A stretch of DNA of 64,000 bases from Trichodelitschia bisporula (taxonomy: Eukaryota). A model generated the notes under the pieces. That model did not search any database and was not told where the DNA came from. It was given only the letters and a program-made list of their open reading frames with translations. This document shows positions 1 through 13,283 of the stretch, one piece after another. Position numbers and translations under genes: made by a program. The DNA lies in contig ML996700.1 in assembly GCA_010356995.1 (NCBI GenBank), forward strand, positions 682,001-746,000, in the 5' to 3' direction. Position 1 is the stretch's first letter, and each line of letters starts with the position of its first letter.

Positions 1-680
1 TTGTAAATGCCGACTCCATAAGCGAGCAGGGCATAATCTGTCGACACACCCCGAAACTTAAGGCGCTCGCTATGGGAATGGTACGTATAAACTACGAGCT
101 CAATTTCTGTTCCATCAATCTTAGCACGATTAGCTAACCTCTCTAGGCGTTCGCACGGTTTAGACAAAAACGTGGCGAGGGTGATTGAAAACCTGCCGAA
201 GAATCAGATACTGTCGTTTACCTCATGGGGTGCTTCGCGCTTGGTAGATCACACCCTCCCCACGCTAGGGAAACATAGCCAAACGCTAGGCGAGCTACGG
301 CTCTGTATTGATAAGGACACATTCAGCGCTCTGAGCCTTCTACGAGGGTGCACTACCCTCAGGTCCATCGCAATTTAGGCCCCATGGCCTTCAAGAACAC
401 ATTGCGCCAGAGCTCTCTCGACGACCCTTACAGAGCTCACAAAATGGCTTACAGATTGCCATACTCTCAAAACGCTGGGCTTGCATGGAGACTGTTTTTC
501 GTTTGAGATGCTTCAGGACGTCCTAAACAGAAAACAATTCGTCTACGTCACCTGGAGGCACACTACCTACGAACACCGTTTCGGTCGGACTGGTTACCGG
601 GTCAGACCTTATTACGGAGAATTCTCTTAAGTCTTTAAGTAGGCTAAAACATTTGAAAAGGGTGTTCGTTGATTCCTGTA
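1..680 (+). pseudogene. Degenerate RNI-like LRR gene, copy A (5' part outside the window)
   Basis: LRR-like translation (IICRHTPKLKALAM | intron GTACGT 81..CTAAC..TAG 146 | ..VIENLPKNQILSF..SQTLGELRLCIDKDTFSALSLLRGCTTLRSIAI*..LTELTKWLTDCHTLKTLGLHGDCFSFEM). Premature TAG at 376-378. SLSRLKHLKRVFVD near 630-675 matches the C-terminal part of copy B after a large deletion. Confidence 0.65.
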
Positions 681-909
681 AGCGTTTCTGCGAGCGTTCC
701 TATAAGCGTTGATTGTGCACGCGAATCGGTCAAAATGTACCTAAGTGTGTGGATTCGTGGTCATTGTTACGGGACCCTCACCGGCACGTGCCAATCACAT
801 GGTAGCCGCTCACATTACGATTGCCTTCAGTGATCGCTCATGGTTTCCACACACAGTCAGTGTGGATCGGCAGGATCCCCCAAGGCTCCTGCCATGAGCT
901 GAGGCGTTG

Positions 910-2271
910 GAGGGTATCTATATCGTAGCATTGTTGACCTGCAAACCCCAACGCAAGTTTGTTGCAGCTGAACTACAACCTCTCAAAAGGTCTGTACAGT
1001 GCCCCAGTGACAGCCATGCATCTTAAGATAGTCCTGTTAACAATTTTTAGGTACTTCTCCCGGGCTGAGCTCGCGGATTTAGGCCTTCCACGCCGTACGA
1101 TCAAGGATTGCTGGCAACAACCGATCAGTACCGTAAGCCTGTTACCCGAGGTGAGCCTCTAGCGGTTATTTAAACGCGAGTTATTCCAGTTAGCTAAGCT
1201 CCCCAACCTCCGTTCATTGGAGGTTGCGAGCGGCGACTCCTTAGGGAGCGAGGGGGCAAATCTGCCAAAGCATTCCCAAGCTCGAGAAATTAATCATATC
1301 CGGGTGGTGTGTATGAGCTACGAGCTTAATTGCTGTTCTATCGATAAGAGCACCACCTGCTGACCTCTCTAGGAGTTTTACCACCGCGGACAAAGATCTA
1401 GCAAGTATCTTCTCAGCCCTCCCCAAGAACCGGCCGTGCTCTCTTACGTCATGGGCGGGACGTAAGCCTGGCACCTCAAAGCCTTCCTGCCGTCACCCTA
1501 CATGGTGAATCTCTAGGGGCACTACAATTGGATATTGATCGCAGGAGCTTTCACGCTCTGAGCCACCTGAAAGATTGTACCGCTCTAAGGACCGTCTTCA
1601 TCCGGGCCCTCTTTCCTTCGTGATTGGAAAACAACGAAGCGCTCACAACGCTCACCGAGATTTCGTCCTGGCTTCAACAATGCCAGTCTCCAGATACTAG
1701 GTTCAAGCGGCGATGTCTTTTCGTACGAGATGGTTACACCCATCTTAAAGGAGATGAAATACACCTCCTTGAACTTACTCCTGAGTCCTGCCGGGGGGCA
1801 TTTTGGTCGGACGGGTTGCTGTATCAGACCTCTCTACGAAGCCTCGCCCTCAAGGGTCTCAAGCGCCAATCCCTCAATCATGAAGAGAGCTAGATTCTTG
1901 CGGATCTAGTTAGTCAGCTCTCGCAGCTGCGAGAGCTGCGACTAGAAATCGAAACCCAGTTTTCGGACAAGCACATTGAAAGGCTGGCCATCAATCTCCC
2001 GTCTCTCGAGAAGTTACATACTGGTGGGCACGGGCTCACAGATCAAGCGCTGATGTCCTTAAGTACGCTAAATTACTTAAAGCGGGTGAGTGTTGAGGGC
2101 TCCCGCTTTACCTTTAAGGCGCTCATGGCCTACATTTTGAGCCTCGGCCCGATGAACAACGGCATGAGCATGACTATTGTACTAATGCATGACGATGCCT
2201 TGACAAGGAAGGAAAGTCGGGCCCTTCGTGAGGCGTTACATGATGCCGTTAACGGCCACATGTCCTTGTAG
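910..2271 (+). pseudogene. Degenerate RNI-like LRR gene, copy B
   Basis: Fragments LAKLPNLRSLEVASGDSL, ICQSIPKLEKLIISGW, LTTLTEISSWLQQC, LSQLRELRLEIETQFSDKHIERLAINLPSLEKLHTGGHGLTDQALMSLSTLNYLKRV..LGPMNNGMSM..VNGHMSL. Several frameshifts and an in-frame TAG at 1891-1893. Introns at about 990-1050 and 1311-1372 are homologous to introns in the other copies. Confidence 0.75.
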
Positions 2272-2394
2272 GTCGGGAACGAATTTGTACACACTCTTTT
2301 CTTTGTCTCACTCTTACGTTCACCCCCTCACATGCAACTAATGAGAACCCGGCAAGTCTCGCACGACGATAACAGGGACTGCATACCGTAATTA

Positions 2395-3158
2395 TGTATC
2401 GCGGCGTCGAGAACTGAAGTCAAAATGGCGTTGGGCGCGAGCCCGAGCCTACGGTAAGCGCGAGCGTGAGACATACCGGCGTTAGGCGCGAGCATAAGGG
2501 CGTTCGGTAGAACCCGAGCTCAAGCGGGGTAAGGGGGCCGCGATGAGCTAAATGCGAGCTTAGCATGAGGGCGACATTGAGATGAATGTGTCACGGTATG
2601 ACACCCGGTTTCTGTTGCTCCATGGGCTCGCACCATCACCGGGGTTGTATGGGGCTTGGCGCTGTGCCAAGCCGCCACACTCACACTCGTATACCAGGCC
2701 TACTTACCCGCAGTCCCTGACATCTTTACTCCGTAGCTTTACAATCTACGTCCTACCCACATCTTGATCGTGCATGCGTGATTGTTGACGGTGACAGAAT
2801 GCGGGCTTGGTAGAAGCACGAGACAGAGCTTACGTAGTAGCATAAAGGCTCAGCATGGGACAAAGCAAGATCACGTCACAAGGCACAATACGAACAGGAC
2901 GAGAGGAACAATAAGATATTAATCCACATAGGGAAGCAATCAGTGAAATCAACAAGAGGAGACGTATGAGCCTGAGAAACGCATAAGCGTAGGAAACGTA
3001 TGAGTGCGGGAGACGAGTAAGCGTAGGAGACGAGACAGTACGAAGGCGTGAGCAAGGAGGCAAGTGTGAAAGCGCAGGTGGTCAAGATGAAAGTGACAAG
3101 AGAGTAAGGGAGAGTAGTAGGCGAGGGGGTTCATACGGATGCAGATCCCTCTGTCACA
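2395..3158. mobile_element. Older LTR-like relic hosting the solo LTR (boundaries uncertain)
   Basis: Non-coding, purine-rich on + with internal short repeats (GGCGTTRGGCGCGAGC twice). Ends ..CTGTCACA and starts TGTATC. No TSD found. Confidence 0.3.
2589..2796. mobile_element. Solo LTR (208 bp) of an LTR retrotransposon
   Basis: Starts TGTCAC and ends GTGACA (TG..CA, 6-bp inverted termini). Flanked by an exact 5-bp direct repeat GAATG at 2584-2588 and 2797-2801. Confidence 0.85.
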
Positions 3159-3454
3159 ACATCAACACCCCTAACCGGGGCACACTGGGCTCCCACACCC
3201 ATCCCCACACGAGAGCAATCCAGTCATCTTGCTGTTCATTTCTCGCCGTGGTGTCCTTACCGTACCGTACGGTGGGGGGGCGTGCGCGGGTAGTACTCTG
3301 CTGGCACGTGGCTGGTGTGGCTGATAGGAGTGGTTGATCTTAGGAACAACGTTATTCCGGGGCCGTGCATAATCCCTGCCCCGGCACACGCTCGCCAAAA
3401 TCGACGCTCATCAAAACCATTAAGCCTCAACCCAACCGCCAACGTACGTCAACC

Positions 3455-4183
3455 ATGGCTTCGACTCAGAGCGTCCAATGCGTGAGTATTGCACTTATGG
3501 AACGAATACGAATGAATCGCTGACAATTTGCTACAGTTCGGCAAGAAGAAGACTGCTACGGGTATGTTTCCATTTTGTCTTCATGAAAAATGCCTGCGCT
3601 AACAAATGGATTGTAGCCGTCGCCCACTGCAAGGTACAACCCGCATACACACTCAGAATTGCAAAACAGCTCGCTCATAGTTTGTCAAATAGGCTGGCAA
3701 GGGCTTGGTCAAGGTCAACGGCAAGCCGCTCTACCTCGTCCAGCCTGAGATCCTCCGGTTCAAGGTTTACGAGCCCATCCTGATCCTCGGCCTCGATAAG
3801 TTCGGTACGCACGCGCAGCACAGAATCCGCAGTGGAATACACGGCTTACAGTTTATAGCGAACGTTGACATCCGTGTGCGCGTCTCCGGTGGTGGTCACA
3901 CTTCGCAGATCTACGCGATCCGCCAGGCGATTGCCAAGTCCATCGTACGTTCCTCGACCGGGCAGAGGGCTTTAACCTCGTATACTGTATATCGGAACCG
4001 AGACTGACATTCGGCCAGATTGCCTACTACCAGAAGTTCGTCGACGAGCACGCCAAGAACCTGCTCAAGCAGGCGCTTGTGCAGTACGACCGGACCCTGT
4101 TGGTTGCGGACAACCGCCGGACTGAGCCGAAGAAGTTTGGCGGTCCGGGTGCGCGTGCGAGATACCAAAAGTCTTACCGTTAA
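3455..4183 (+). CDS. RPS16: 40S ribosomal protein S16 (uS9), 6 exons
   Basis: Exons 3455-3481, 3537-3561, 3617-3633, 3693-3804, 3859-3944 and 4019-4183 splice to [88 protein letters not shown]. All introns are GT..AG. Confidence 0.98.
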
Positions 4184-4640
4184 AGGGCTTCTCTTTGGGG
4201 GCGCATGCGGATGGGGATGGGGTTTCTTGTGCTGCATTTCAAGGGTTCTTGTTCTTGCTAGCCTTCATGATGTAGAAATGAAAGCGCCGGCGAGATGGGA
4301 CTAGACACGGAACTTCTCTGCATTGTGCTTGAATACCACGATGACTGGCCGGTGGACATTGCGAGGGGAATATTTCACTTAACATCACGATTTTAGCGAC
4401 GAACCATTCCATTGCATGACTTGAATTAGCGAAGTTTCCCATTCGTAAATTTTATGGCATCATGGAGTCACCAAGGCAGCGCTGTACGACACGACTGCTA
4501 ACGTTGTCCAGACCACCGTACCCTCCCCTAACGAACTCTGGAAATACAGGGCGACTCGGTCCCAAGCCCGAACAAGGGTTTTCATGAGCGCAGCGAAGAC
4601 TTCTAGTTCCTGAAGTATACAAAATCCATCAAGTTAGCGG

Positions 4641-7039
4641 CTAACCCTCCGTCCCACTGCTGTGGAACGCCGCACAAAGAGCCGCATACTGGTGTGTAAG
4701 ATCGAGGACATGTTGCTGTAGACTTGTGCCCTGGATGATACTGCGAACCTTGACCGCGCCCTCTTCCTCAATGAGCTTGCGGACGGTAAGCAGGAGTGCC
4801 GGTGAAAACTAGATAATCAGTATCCGTCAGACGCACCGCGCAAGCAGACATACCTCCGAATACCAGCGATACTGCCACGTGACAAGCCGAATCAGCGCGC
4901 CGAGCACCATGCGCAACTCCCCGTGCTGTTCGTACACCTTGAGCACGCCCTTCATGGCCTTAGGACTGAAGCGCATGCTCAGACACGCCTGGTACGCCTC
5001 GACCGCCTCCTCGGCATGGTGCAGGCGCTCAGCCAGCTCACCGAGGATCTCCCACTCCTCGGGCGACTTCTTGTAGAGCAGCTGCTGCTGGCGGTACTGC
5101 GCGACTTCGGTGCGCCAGATGGTGTACACGCGCAGATCTTCGTACAGGACCATGAAGAGGTTGTCTAGCCAGCGTTCGCAGAGGCGCTTGTTGCGGAACT
5201 GCATGTATTCGGGCTGGGAACCCTCCGTGTGCGGCTGGCTTGTTAGTACGTGATAGTCATATTGATACGAAAGGTCACTAACCACGTCGCTACCGGCCAG
5301 CGCCTCCGCTGCTGCCATGCTATGTGCGGGCTTTTCGACCTCGGAGCCTAGATCGGGAGTGGCGTCGGGAGCAGGGGCCGGGGATGATTCCAGTGCGGTC
5401 TCGGGCGTGGCTTCCGACTCAGGTTCCGCCGATGGTCTACGCTCCGCCTCTGGTGACTCATGGCCGTTCAACCGCGGGCTAGGGCCGGGAGAGGGAGATG
5501 GACCTCTTAGCGCGGTGGTGCTCGGGTTTCTGCTGTGCCCTGCTGCGGCTTTCCGCTCATGCCGATACTCCTCCTCCATGACGAAAACCTGGCTGCGGAT
5601 GCGCAGGAGCTGGTCCCAGCCGATCTTCTTGGTAATCTCAGTGAGAAGCTTGTACGCCTTGGAGAATGTGCCCTTGAAGCCTGCGGCGTGCAGTTTGCGT
5701 AGAGTGGGATGAACCTGCTCCATATCCGGGGTGGCCTGGCTGTCATCGATTTCGTCACAGATGGTCTCCGGCATGGTGGGCAGATGTGTTCGAAGCGGCT
5801 CGGGCATCCGGGGAGCGTCCTTGTCTTGGTAGGTGAACATCGGGCAAGAGTTGAGCGTTAGCAGAGCAAGTCCCCACTGCTCCAAGCTTACGTATATTTC
5901 GGCAAGGCGAGCCCATGTCCCGAATTCACTGGGGGCGGCCACCACGGCACGTTTGGCAGTTTCCAGTGCCAGATCCGCACGGCCCTTGTTGTTGAGGAAC
6001 TCGGCCTGACAGTCAAGTAGGGAATAGTCCATGGGGAGACTCTGGATACTCTCGTGAAGCAGCTGCACCGCCTTGACCTCTTCGTCAGCCGCAATGTAGA
6101 CCCGAGCAAGGAGCGACGAAATCTCTGGGTCCCTGGTGCGAAGCTTCTCAAACAGGTTGATGCCCGATGTGTAGCGGCCAGTGGTGCGAATGTACTCCAA
6201 CAAGCCGGTGGTGAGGTGGTTCGACACCAGGTTTGGAACCTGGATTTCGGGATCAGAGCCGAGCTGCCATCCCTGGAAGAATAGCCTCTCAGCTGCCTCC
6301 AGAAACTTGTGCTCGGCCTCCGTGCTGGTGATCGGGTTAAATCTCCGCACTCCCATGATTTTCTTGATAGTCTCGCCCGAGCCGTCGTCGGCGTACGAGT
6401 AGGCGCGCAACACGGCGCATAGGTACGTCTCCAACCACAAGGCATCTGTGGCTTCCCGCTTATCTCCACGCTCGTCGATGCAATAGCTCTCTACGGTGCC
6501 TGGAATCTGGACCTGGACCCGCATGTCGAGGCGGGAGAACGCATTGTAGCAGCTTAATCCCGTTAGCAACATCCGAAGACTTGAAGCCCTGCGTCCTACC
6601 AATAGAGTCCTGAATTCACCTTATGACGGTCATGAGTGGGGTATGTGAGTGTGTTGATGTAGGCAGCTAAGCTGGCAGAGCTCGACGCGTCGACGCCGGT
6701 GACATGGTGGTATATGCCGAACTTGAAGTGACATTAGCTAACTTATTCCAGGACTGATGTAAAGTAGTTCCAGCGTACCTGCTTGTTCGCTCCCTTCTGG
6801 GGGGTCTTTACGAGGAGGACGAGGTCCGGCGGTCCTAGCTCCCGGAGAGACTGAAGGGATTCGGTTCGCAGATCGATGGTTGAGCCTAGTTCCTCCTCAT
6901 AGATCCTTTCAGAGCAGCAATGTTAGCCTCGGAACAGCAGCTATCATACGGCGAGAATGCGCAGCGCATGAACTTGCGCACCGGACAAGCCCCGAGCGGT
7001 GAATTAGACGTACTCTGGCACGCAAGGAACGGGAACCAT
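4641..7039 (-). CDS. BUD7: Exomer cargo adaptor, ChAPs family (Bud7/Bch1-like), TPR-containing
   Basis: Spliced N-terminus MVPVPCVPEIYEEELGSTIDLRTESLQSLRELGPPDLV. Core motifs CYNAFSRLDMRV, WLETYLCAVLRA, ALLTLNSCPMF and KRLCERWLDNLFMVLYEDLR. Last exon FSPALLLTVRKLI..SSGTEG*. Introns at about 6906-7013, 6722-6778, 6553-6599, 5236-5283 and 4810-4853. Confidence 0.92.
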
Positions 7040-7616
7040 TGTGCTGGTGCTCGCCCTTGAGATGGCGCAAAAGGGTGATGTAATGAAGTGAGCGGATGCA
7101 GTAGTTCAGGCTGCCAATTAAAGGTTAAGGAGGACAACTTTGCATACAGCTTCAAGTTCGTAACAAGCGGTGCTCCGATGTTTAGGGATACGTTGCCAAG
7201 CCACCCGTGCCTGCCCTGCCACTCATCTCTCCCCACCCGTGCCCACCTCCGTCTCCCCACGTCTCCCGCAAACTGTTCAACCCCAGCTGAGACGGAATAA
7301 AGATGATCCATTTATATGGTAGCTCTGTGGCGGAGCGGGCGTACCTGGTGTGGCTGTTCCTCCACCATTTCGCGCGTCTCGAGCCTGGCCGCGTGTCGCT
7401 GCCCAAGGGCAATTCAGTGACGAAGCAAACGCGATGTCACCCCCCTCTTCGCTACCTCCACCCCCACTACAGTAGTCACACCAGCACCGTCTTCATTCTA
7501 CATCCCGATCTCTAGCGCAAGGCAGTCATCTTCTACCCAGTTTCCAGTCTATCAACACGCTCCTTCCGAAAGCCTGAACGGATTGCGACTGTGTCGCGGG
7601 CGGTACACTCGTCAAA

Positions 7617-10600
7617 ATGGTATGCAACATCATACCGTCGCTGCGGCCGCGCACCCGACATGCTTAACGTGCCTTATTCTAACAATTGCAAGTCTACCTT
7701 CACTGCCCTGAACATCGATTACGATAAGAACATCGCCGAACCCGATGTCGATGACACGAAAGAACTGCAGATCGAAGATGCTCTCAAACTCTATCAGACT
7801 GCTCTGAAGTATCACATAGAAGGCCCGCGTTCATTTGACAAGGCCGCCGAAGCGTACAAGGAGCTCTTCGAATCAGAGATCTTCAAGTACATCGAATCGC
7901 AGTCAGAGTTCAGGCGGGAAGAGGTCGACGGCGCAATCGAAGGCTTGGAAGACTTCTCCCAGATCCTTGTCGACGTCGACCCCGTGCAACTGGTGACCTC
8001 CGGAGAGAGTGCGCCCAATACCCTCCCTCAGATTCTACATCTGTCCTACAAAAGCTATGGACAGTTCCTTCTCGACCAGCTGCCGCACAGCCTCGATCGC
8101 ATAACCTCCCGCGCGAAGGAACCGCTGAACAACTTTGCCGAGGCTTTGGACAAGGATGACACCGATCTGGAGCTTTGGCGTAACGCTGCGACGGTGGCCA
8201 GCATTGTCGGAAGCGTCCGCATTGCGAGATACTGCCTGGAGTCGATGCTTGATACGGAGGAGGAAGGGATGGAAACGGCGCTGGGGATTCCCGCGATCGA
8301 GGAACTCTACGCCAAAGAGAAGTTGGAGGTTCTTGTCAAAGCGGTTCAGGACGATCTCGCCGGGTACCTTGTCCCACTCTCGGACGTTGGGCGGAAACGA
8401 CTTTCTGAGAAGCTGATGAAGCGGCTTGATGGCCCATTCCACGTCATACAGCCGTCCTACGAGACTATCGCCTACCGTAAATCGCAACCTGTTCAGCCTT
8501 CGCGCCACTTCTTTGCCGTCCCAACTCGAAACTGGGACAGCGTTGGGCGAGCTATCGTCAGCAACCGCATGCAGGAAGTTGAAGGTACTGTTTACAACGG
8601 TCCGAATTTCGCAGTTGGGTTTACTTTGCCTGAACCCGAGGACACCGAAATCGAAAACGCCCCTGAAGTGGAATCTCCAAAGCATATCTCCGACTCATCA
8701 AACGTGGTGGAAGACGTTCCGTCAGTGCCTGAAGAAGTCCCTGCTTTAGGCCCCGGATCTGACGCGGCAGTGGCCTCTGTGGCTTCAGCTGACGACCAGG
8801 ACGTGAAGCTGGAGGAAGCTGAGGCACAAACCGAGACCTCCCATGCGGACCAGGCCACTCCCGAAGCCAAAGATGATGTCCCGAATACCGCAGAAAAGGG
8901 GAGGAAGCGCTCTACTGACTCTGCCGGGTTCCCTGATACCGTCGAAGGGGTCCGCCTTCGCAGTAAGCGTATCCGTGCACGGGAAACTCTGGATGGGCCG
9001 AGCGAGCCGGTTGTCAGCACCTCCAACAAAGACCAACTTGAAACCCATATCCAGTCGGATGGCTGGTTATTTGAGACAGTTGAGCAGCTATTCTCGAAGA
9101 TCAACGTCGAGGGACTTGGACCCGTCCAAACCCTTGAGGATTTGGAAGACTCGAATGACTCAACAGCAACTTCCGTACAGGATCCTATGGCCCCTGCCAA
9201 AAAGGATCTTTACGAAGCTTCTAAGATTTCCTCTTTGCTAATGCTGAGACTATTAACAGATGGCGCTGAAGGGGACAACATAGATGATCTTGGAAGTGCA
9301 TCCCGCAAAAACGGACTACATGCTGTTCTCGGTCACGCGAACGCGGGGGCATCGCGCGCTTGCAAAAAACCCGTGGTTGGGCCATCCGAAGGTTTGGCCA
9401 ACTGGGTGGAAGCCATCAATACCAAATGGACTTCCGAGAACGAGGCCGCATGGGAGTTTCTCCTTGTGTTTCTGAAATGTAGCACCTTTCCTAGCGGCCT
9501 GGGCGCCAGCTCATCCAGCTACATGATGCATCGGTGGCCGGAAGCACTCAAGACGGTAATCGTGCAACTAGCGGTGGGGTTCGATGAGTTTGTCTATCAG
9601 GAAGCCTCAAATCTGATCACCGAAATCAGCGACAAGGTTCTCAAGCACGAGACCCTCGGCTTGGGCTGTCTTCTGGATGAAGATGAATTGGTCGTTATCG
9701 AAATGGTGGAGAACTTCTTTGAGCTTCATCTCGATGTGTACTCCAGGATCAAGCATCCGGAGAGCGGAGTGGATTTGGAGAAGAGAACTGCACAGAAGCA
9801 CACGTTGGACAGGTGGTCTCTGCTCGCAAACACGGGCCTAAATCTGCGCGGCGTCACGGAGCAGCTGGACGAACTTGCTCTCAGACACCTATGGTCGACA
9901 GTCTTCCACCTCAGCGTTTCGGACGATGTTTCTCAATCCCAAATCATCGACTGTATGAGCCAGATGAAGGGCACGCTCCTCAGTCTAGGCGATCCTTGCA
10001 TTGAGCTTCAGAATAACGCAGTTATCCCGGAGATTTCCGTTGCGGCTGTCAACCAGGAACTAAATAAGATCAGCATGAGAGACTTTTTCGTAAAACTTTT
10101 CAGCAATGAAAAGGAGGATCCGGCGACAGCGATCGAGAACCTCGAACCTCTTCTCGAGCTGGCTCTGTCGCATAGCACTGGGCAAAATTCTGGTCAGGAC
10201 GAGAACGCGAGCACCAGCGTCTCGCGCGGCCAGGTGTTGCCATTGGAAGAAATGAGCAGCTTTCTCGGCAAGACCGACTTAATTCTTCGATTATCGCTGT
10301 TACAGCGTCTGCGACAAGCCTATGCTGGCATCGATTACCCTCCAGGCGTTATTTTATCCTACTTTCGAAGCATCAGGCTTCTCGTTGATGAGCTGACAAG
10401 CCCCTCTTACTTGGACCTGCCCAGCGAGAAGCGGCGTCTCCTCATCTTCCGCTGGTTGCATCTTGCAAATGCATTTGTGGATAAGGTTTTGGTGCTTGTC
10501 AACGAGACGACTGAACCTTATGAATATCTCGGTGCCGATGACTTAGCGGCTACCATGACTTCCCTTGTTCGCTTGGTGCGACTGCTCCATTCGATCAACC

Positions 10601-13176
10601 TCTACAACGACTCAATTCGAGCAGAACTGGTTCCAGCTCCGTCCATGGACGGCAGACGCAACATGACGTTTGACGTGATATGGACCAAGCTCAACAATCT
10701 GCAACTACGCGTTTGGATTCTGCTCTATAGTCTTTTCAACGAAGCTATCGAGCAACATTCTGAAGCCTTTCCCACCCCAGCGGAGTGCAGACTTGAGCTT
10801 CTTCGATCTCTTCACAATGCCCTGGGCTACCGCCGTGTATGTGCCGCTGCCGGGAAAGAACTCCTGCTGCTGATGAAGGAAGAATTTCTCAAACTATCCG
10901 ATCTCGAAACTGCGCATGATGAGCTGGGGCAGGTCTTGTTTGATCTTTACGGTCTGCGATGCTCGCCAGCCTCGGTGGAGCCTATTGACCACGGCTGCAT
11001 GAACACGGAGAACTTGTCAAGGAGACCCGCCCTCCAGTTGCTCGGCTTCGTAATGTCACAAGCCCGCAAGGTGCCCGCCAAAGAACTGTCAAAGACGGAA
11101 CTGAAAACGACAATCGAGAGTGTGCATACGGCACTCGGACGCAAAGGAAGTGCCGACTCTGCGCACAACCGCAAGATCTACAACCAATACATCAACGCGA
11201 ATGTCGACCAGCGCCAGATTTACGACGCTCTGCGCGGTACACTTGAGCTCCCGACCAAAGAGTTGAGTCCAGAAAAGGCTCCCGTGTCTGCCCAAGGGTG
11301 GTCCTTCTTGATGGGCAGTATTGCCCTGAGCAAATTCCGCTCCGTCAAGCGCATTTCGCCAGGTCCCATCGAGGACCTCATCAGTGCCGTGGGATATTTC
11401 ATGCAAGACCTCGAGTACTCGACTGAGAACTGGGAAACGTGGTACCGCACGGCCCAGACCTATGATCTCCAGCTCGAAGAACTCGTCTCATGGTCAGCCG
11501 AGAAGCTCAATCTTCAGACGCATGAGGTTCTTTACTATCAGCGTGCGGCTATCCACTGCTACACCATGGCTGTCTCCCGAGCTGTGAAGTACGGGGAGCC
11601 TTCCTCGGAGGTCACGGCCAAGGTCGCGGAGATGTACGCGGACTTCGGTACACGCCTTTATTCATGCTCCAGGGAACCGTTCGGCATGCAAGCTTTCCAG
11701 TTCAGGCCCAATGAGGACCGGTTCTACAGCGGAGACACCATGTACAAAGGCGCGCCTTTCCCGTCAATGAGACTGTATTCCGTGTGGAAGGTCGCTGCAG
11801 CGCTGTATCGCCGATCACTGAACCGGTCGCCAAACAACTGGTTCACCCACTACATGCTCGGCAAATGTTTGTGGAAGATGTACACTGCAGATGACGACAC
11901 ACGGAGCAGGGAAGAACCGCCGAACCTGGAAGAGCTTCTCTCCCCCTTCATCCGGGCCATAGAGACTTTACCGCGTCGCGACAGCCGGAAGGAGCCCATC
12001 CTGGAACCGCACTACAAGCTTGTCTCCATCATCCACAAGCTTGTCCAGCGGAGGGACCTCGTGCCGGAAGCCGCCAGCAAAATCCTCGAAACGACACCCT
12101 ACTCGCGGGACGTCGGCTCGTCATCCGACATCGATTCCTGGGAGCCCTACGTCCTAAGCCTACTCAAAGTCCTGCGCTCCGCCGACAAATCGAACTGGCA
12201 CCACCGGATGACCGCGCGCGCCGCCCACGTCATCTACGACGAATCGGCCACCGACCTTCTCGCCGCAGTTGCCGCCAAAAGCGAGCTGTCCATGTTCACA
12301 AAGACCATGAGCCTGCAGGTATGGAAGCCCGAGCACGAGCGGCCCGGCCGGCACTTCGTGTACACATCGCGCTACCTGCGCTTCTACGTGCGCATCCTCG
12401 CCCAGATCGACGATAGGGTCAGCATGGAAATGCTCATCAAGCGCCTCCGCCGCAAACAGCATGAGTTCTTCGACCACGCGCGCCTGTGGCACGAAACCTG
12501 CGTCACGTACCTCAAGCTCCTGCGCAGGGCGGGTAAAGTCCCCGACGGGCATGAGGAAACCGTCTTCAAGTCCATGCACTACGATGACTTCACGATACGC
12601 TCGGATAGGTTGGAGGCCTGGTGTCATAGGCCAGATAACACGAACCCGACGCTCGACATCCTCCGCGACGTAATCGACCTCAAGAAAACAAACAACGGCC
12701 TCATGAAGCCCACACTCATCGACGATCTCGTCTGCGATACCTACGCCAAACTCTACGACCAAATTGTCCCCATGCTCTCGCCCCCCACACCCGACCCCGC
12801 CACCCTCGCCGCCTCGCGCCCCATGTCGCTCACCAACGTCATGAACCCAGACGCGCCGGCCGAGCCCGCGCAGCGCGCGCCTAGGAAGGGCGTCGGGCGG
12901 CGCGAATTGCAGCGCCGGGCTGAGGCGGCGGTTACGAAGCCCGTGGGCCCGAGTGCGGTGCCGGTGCCAGCCCCGAGGGCGGAGCCGCTGAAGGATGTTA
13001 CGGTGCAGGTTGTTATTCATTCGCCCGCCGTGGGACGGGTGAGTGCGGGGGTGACGCCTGGGGTGAGTGCGCCGGGGAGTGTGCATGATAGTGCGGATGA
13101 TGAGAGTGAGCTTAGTGAGCTTGATGAGGAGGAGATGGAGGAGGTGGGGAGTGGGTTGGAACGGGGTGTTTATTAG
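7617..13176 (+). CDS. HIR3: Histone transcription regulator 3 (HIR complex, Cabin1-like)
   Basis: ATG-only first exon, then intron 7620-7692, giving MSTFTALNI..DDTKELQIEDALKLYQTALK. C-terminal motifs EPILEPHYKLVS, DKSNWHHRM and WKPEHERPGRHFVY. About 1830 aa, almost entirely one exon. Confidence 0.93.
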
Positions 13177-13283
13177 ATAGATAGCGGCTGGCATGGACGG
13201 GTGGGTTTGGTGTTGGGGCGGCAGAAAGGATTCGTGGATTGCTGGTTGAGAGTGTGTTGCTTTGTTGAACTCAGAGGGGTGAA

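Noticed and set aside
7591..7692. ORF-track N-terminal extension of HIR3 from GTG 7591
   Set aside because: Better explained by ATG 7617 followed by intron 7620-7692, which gives the typical MSTFTALNI start.
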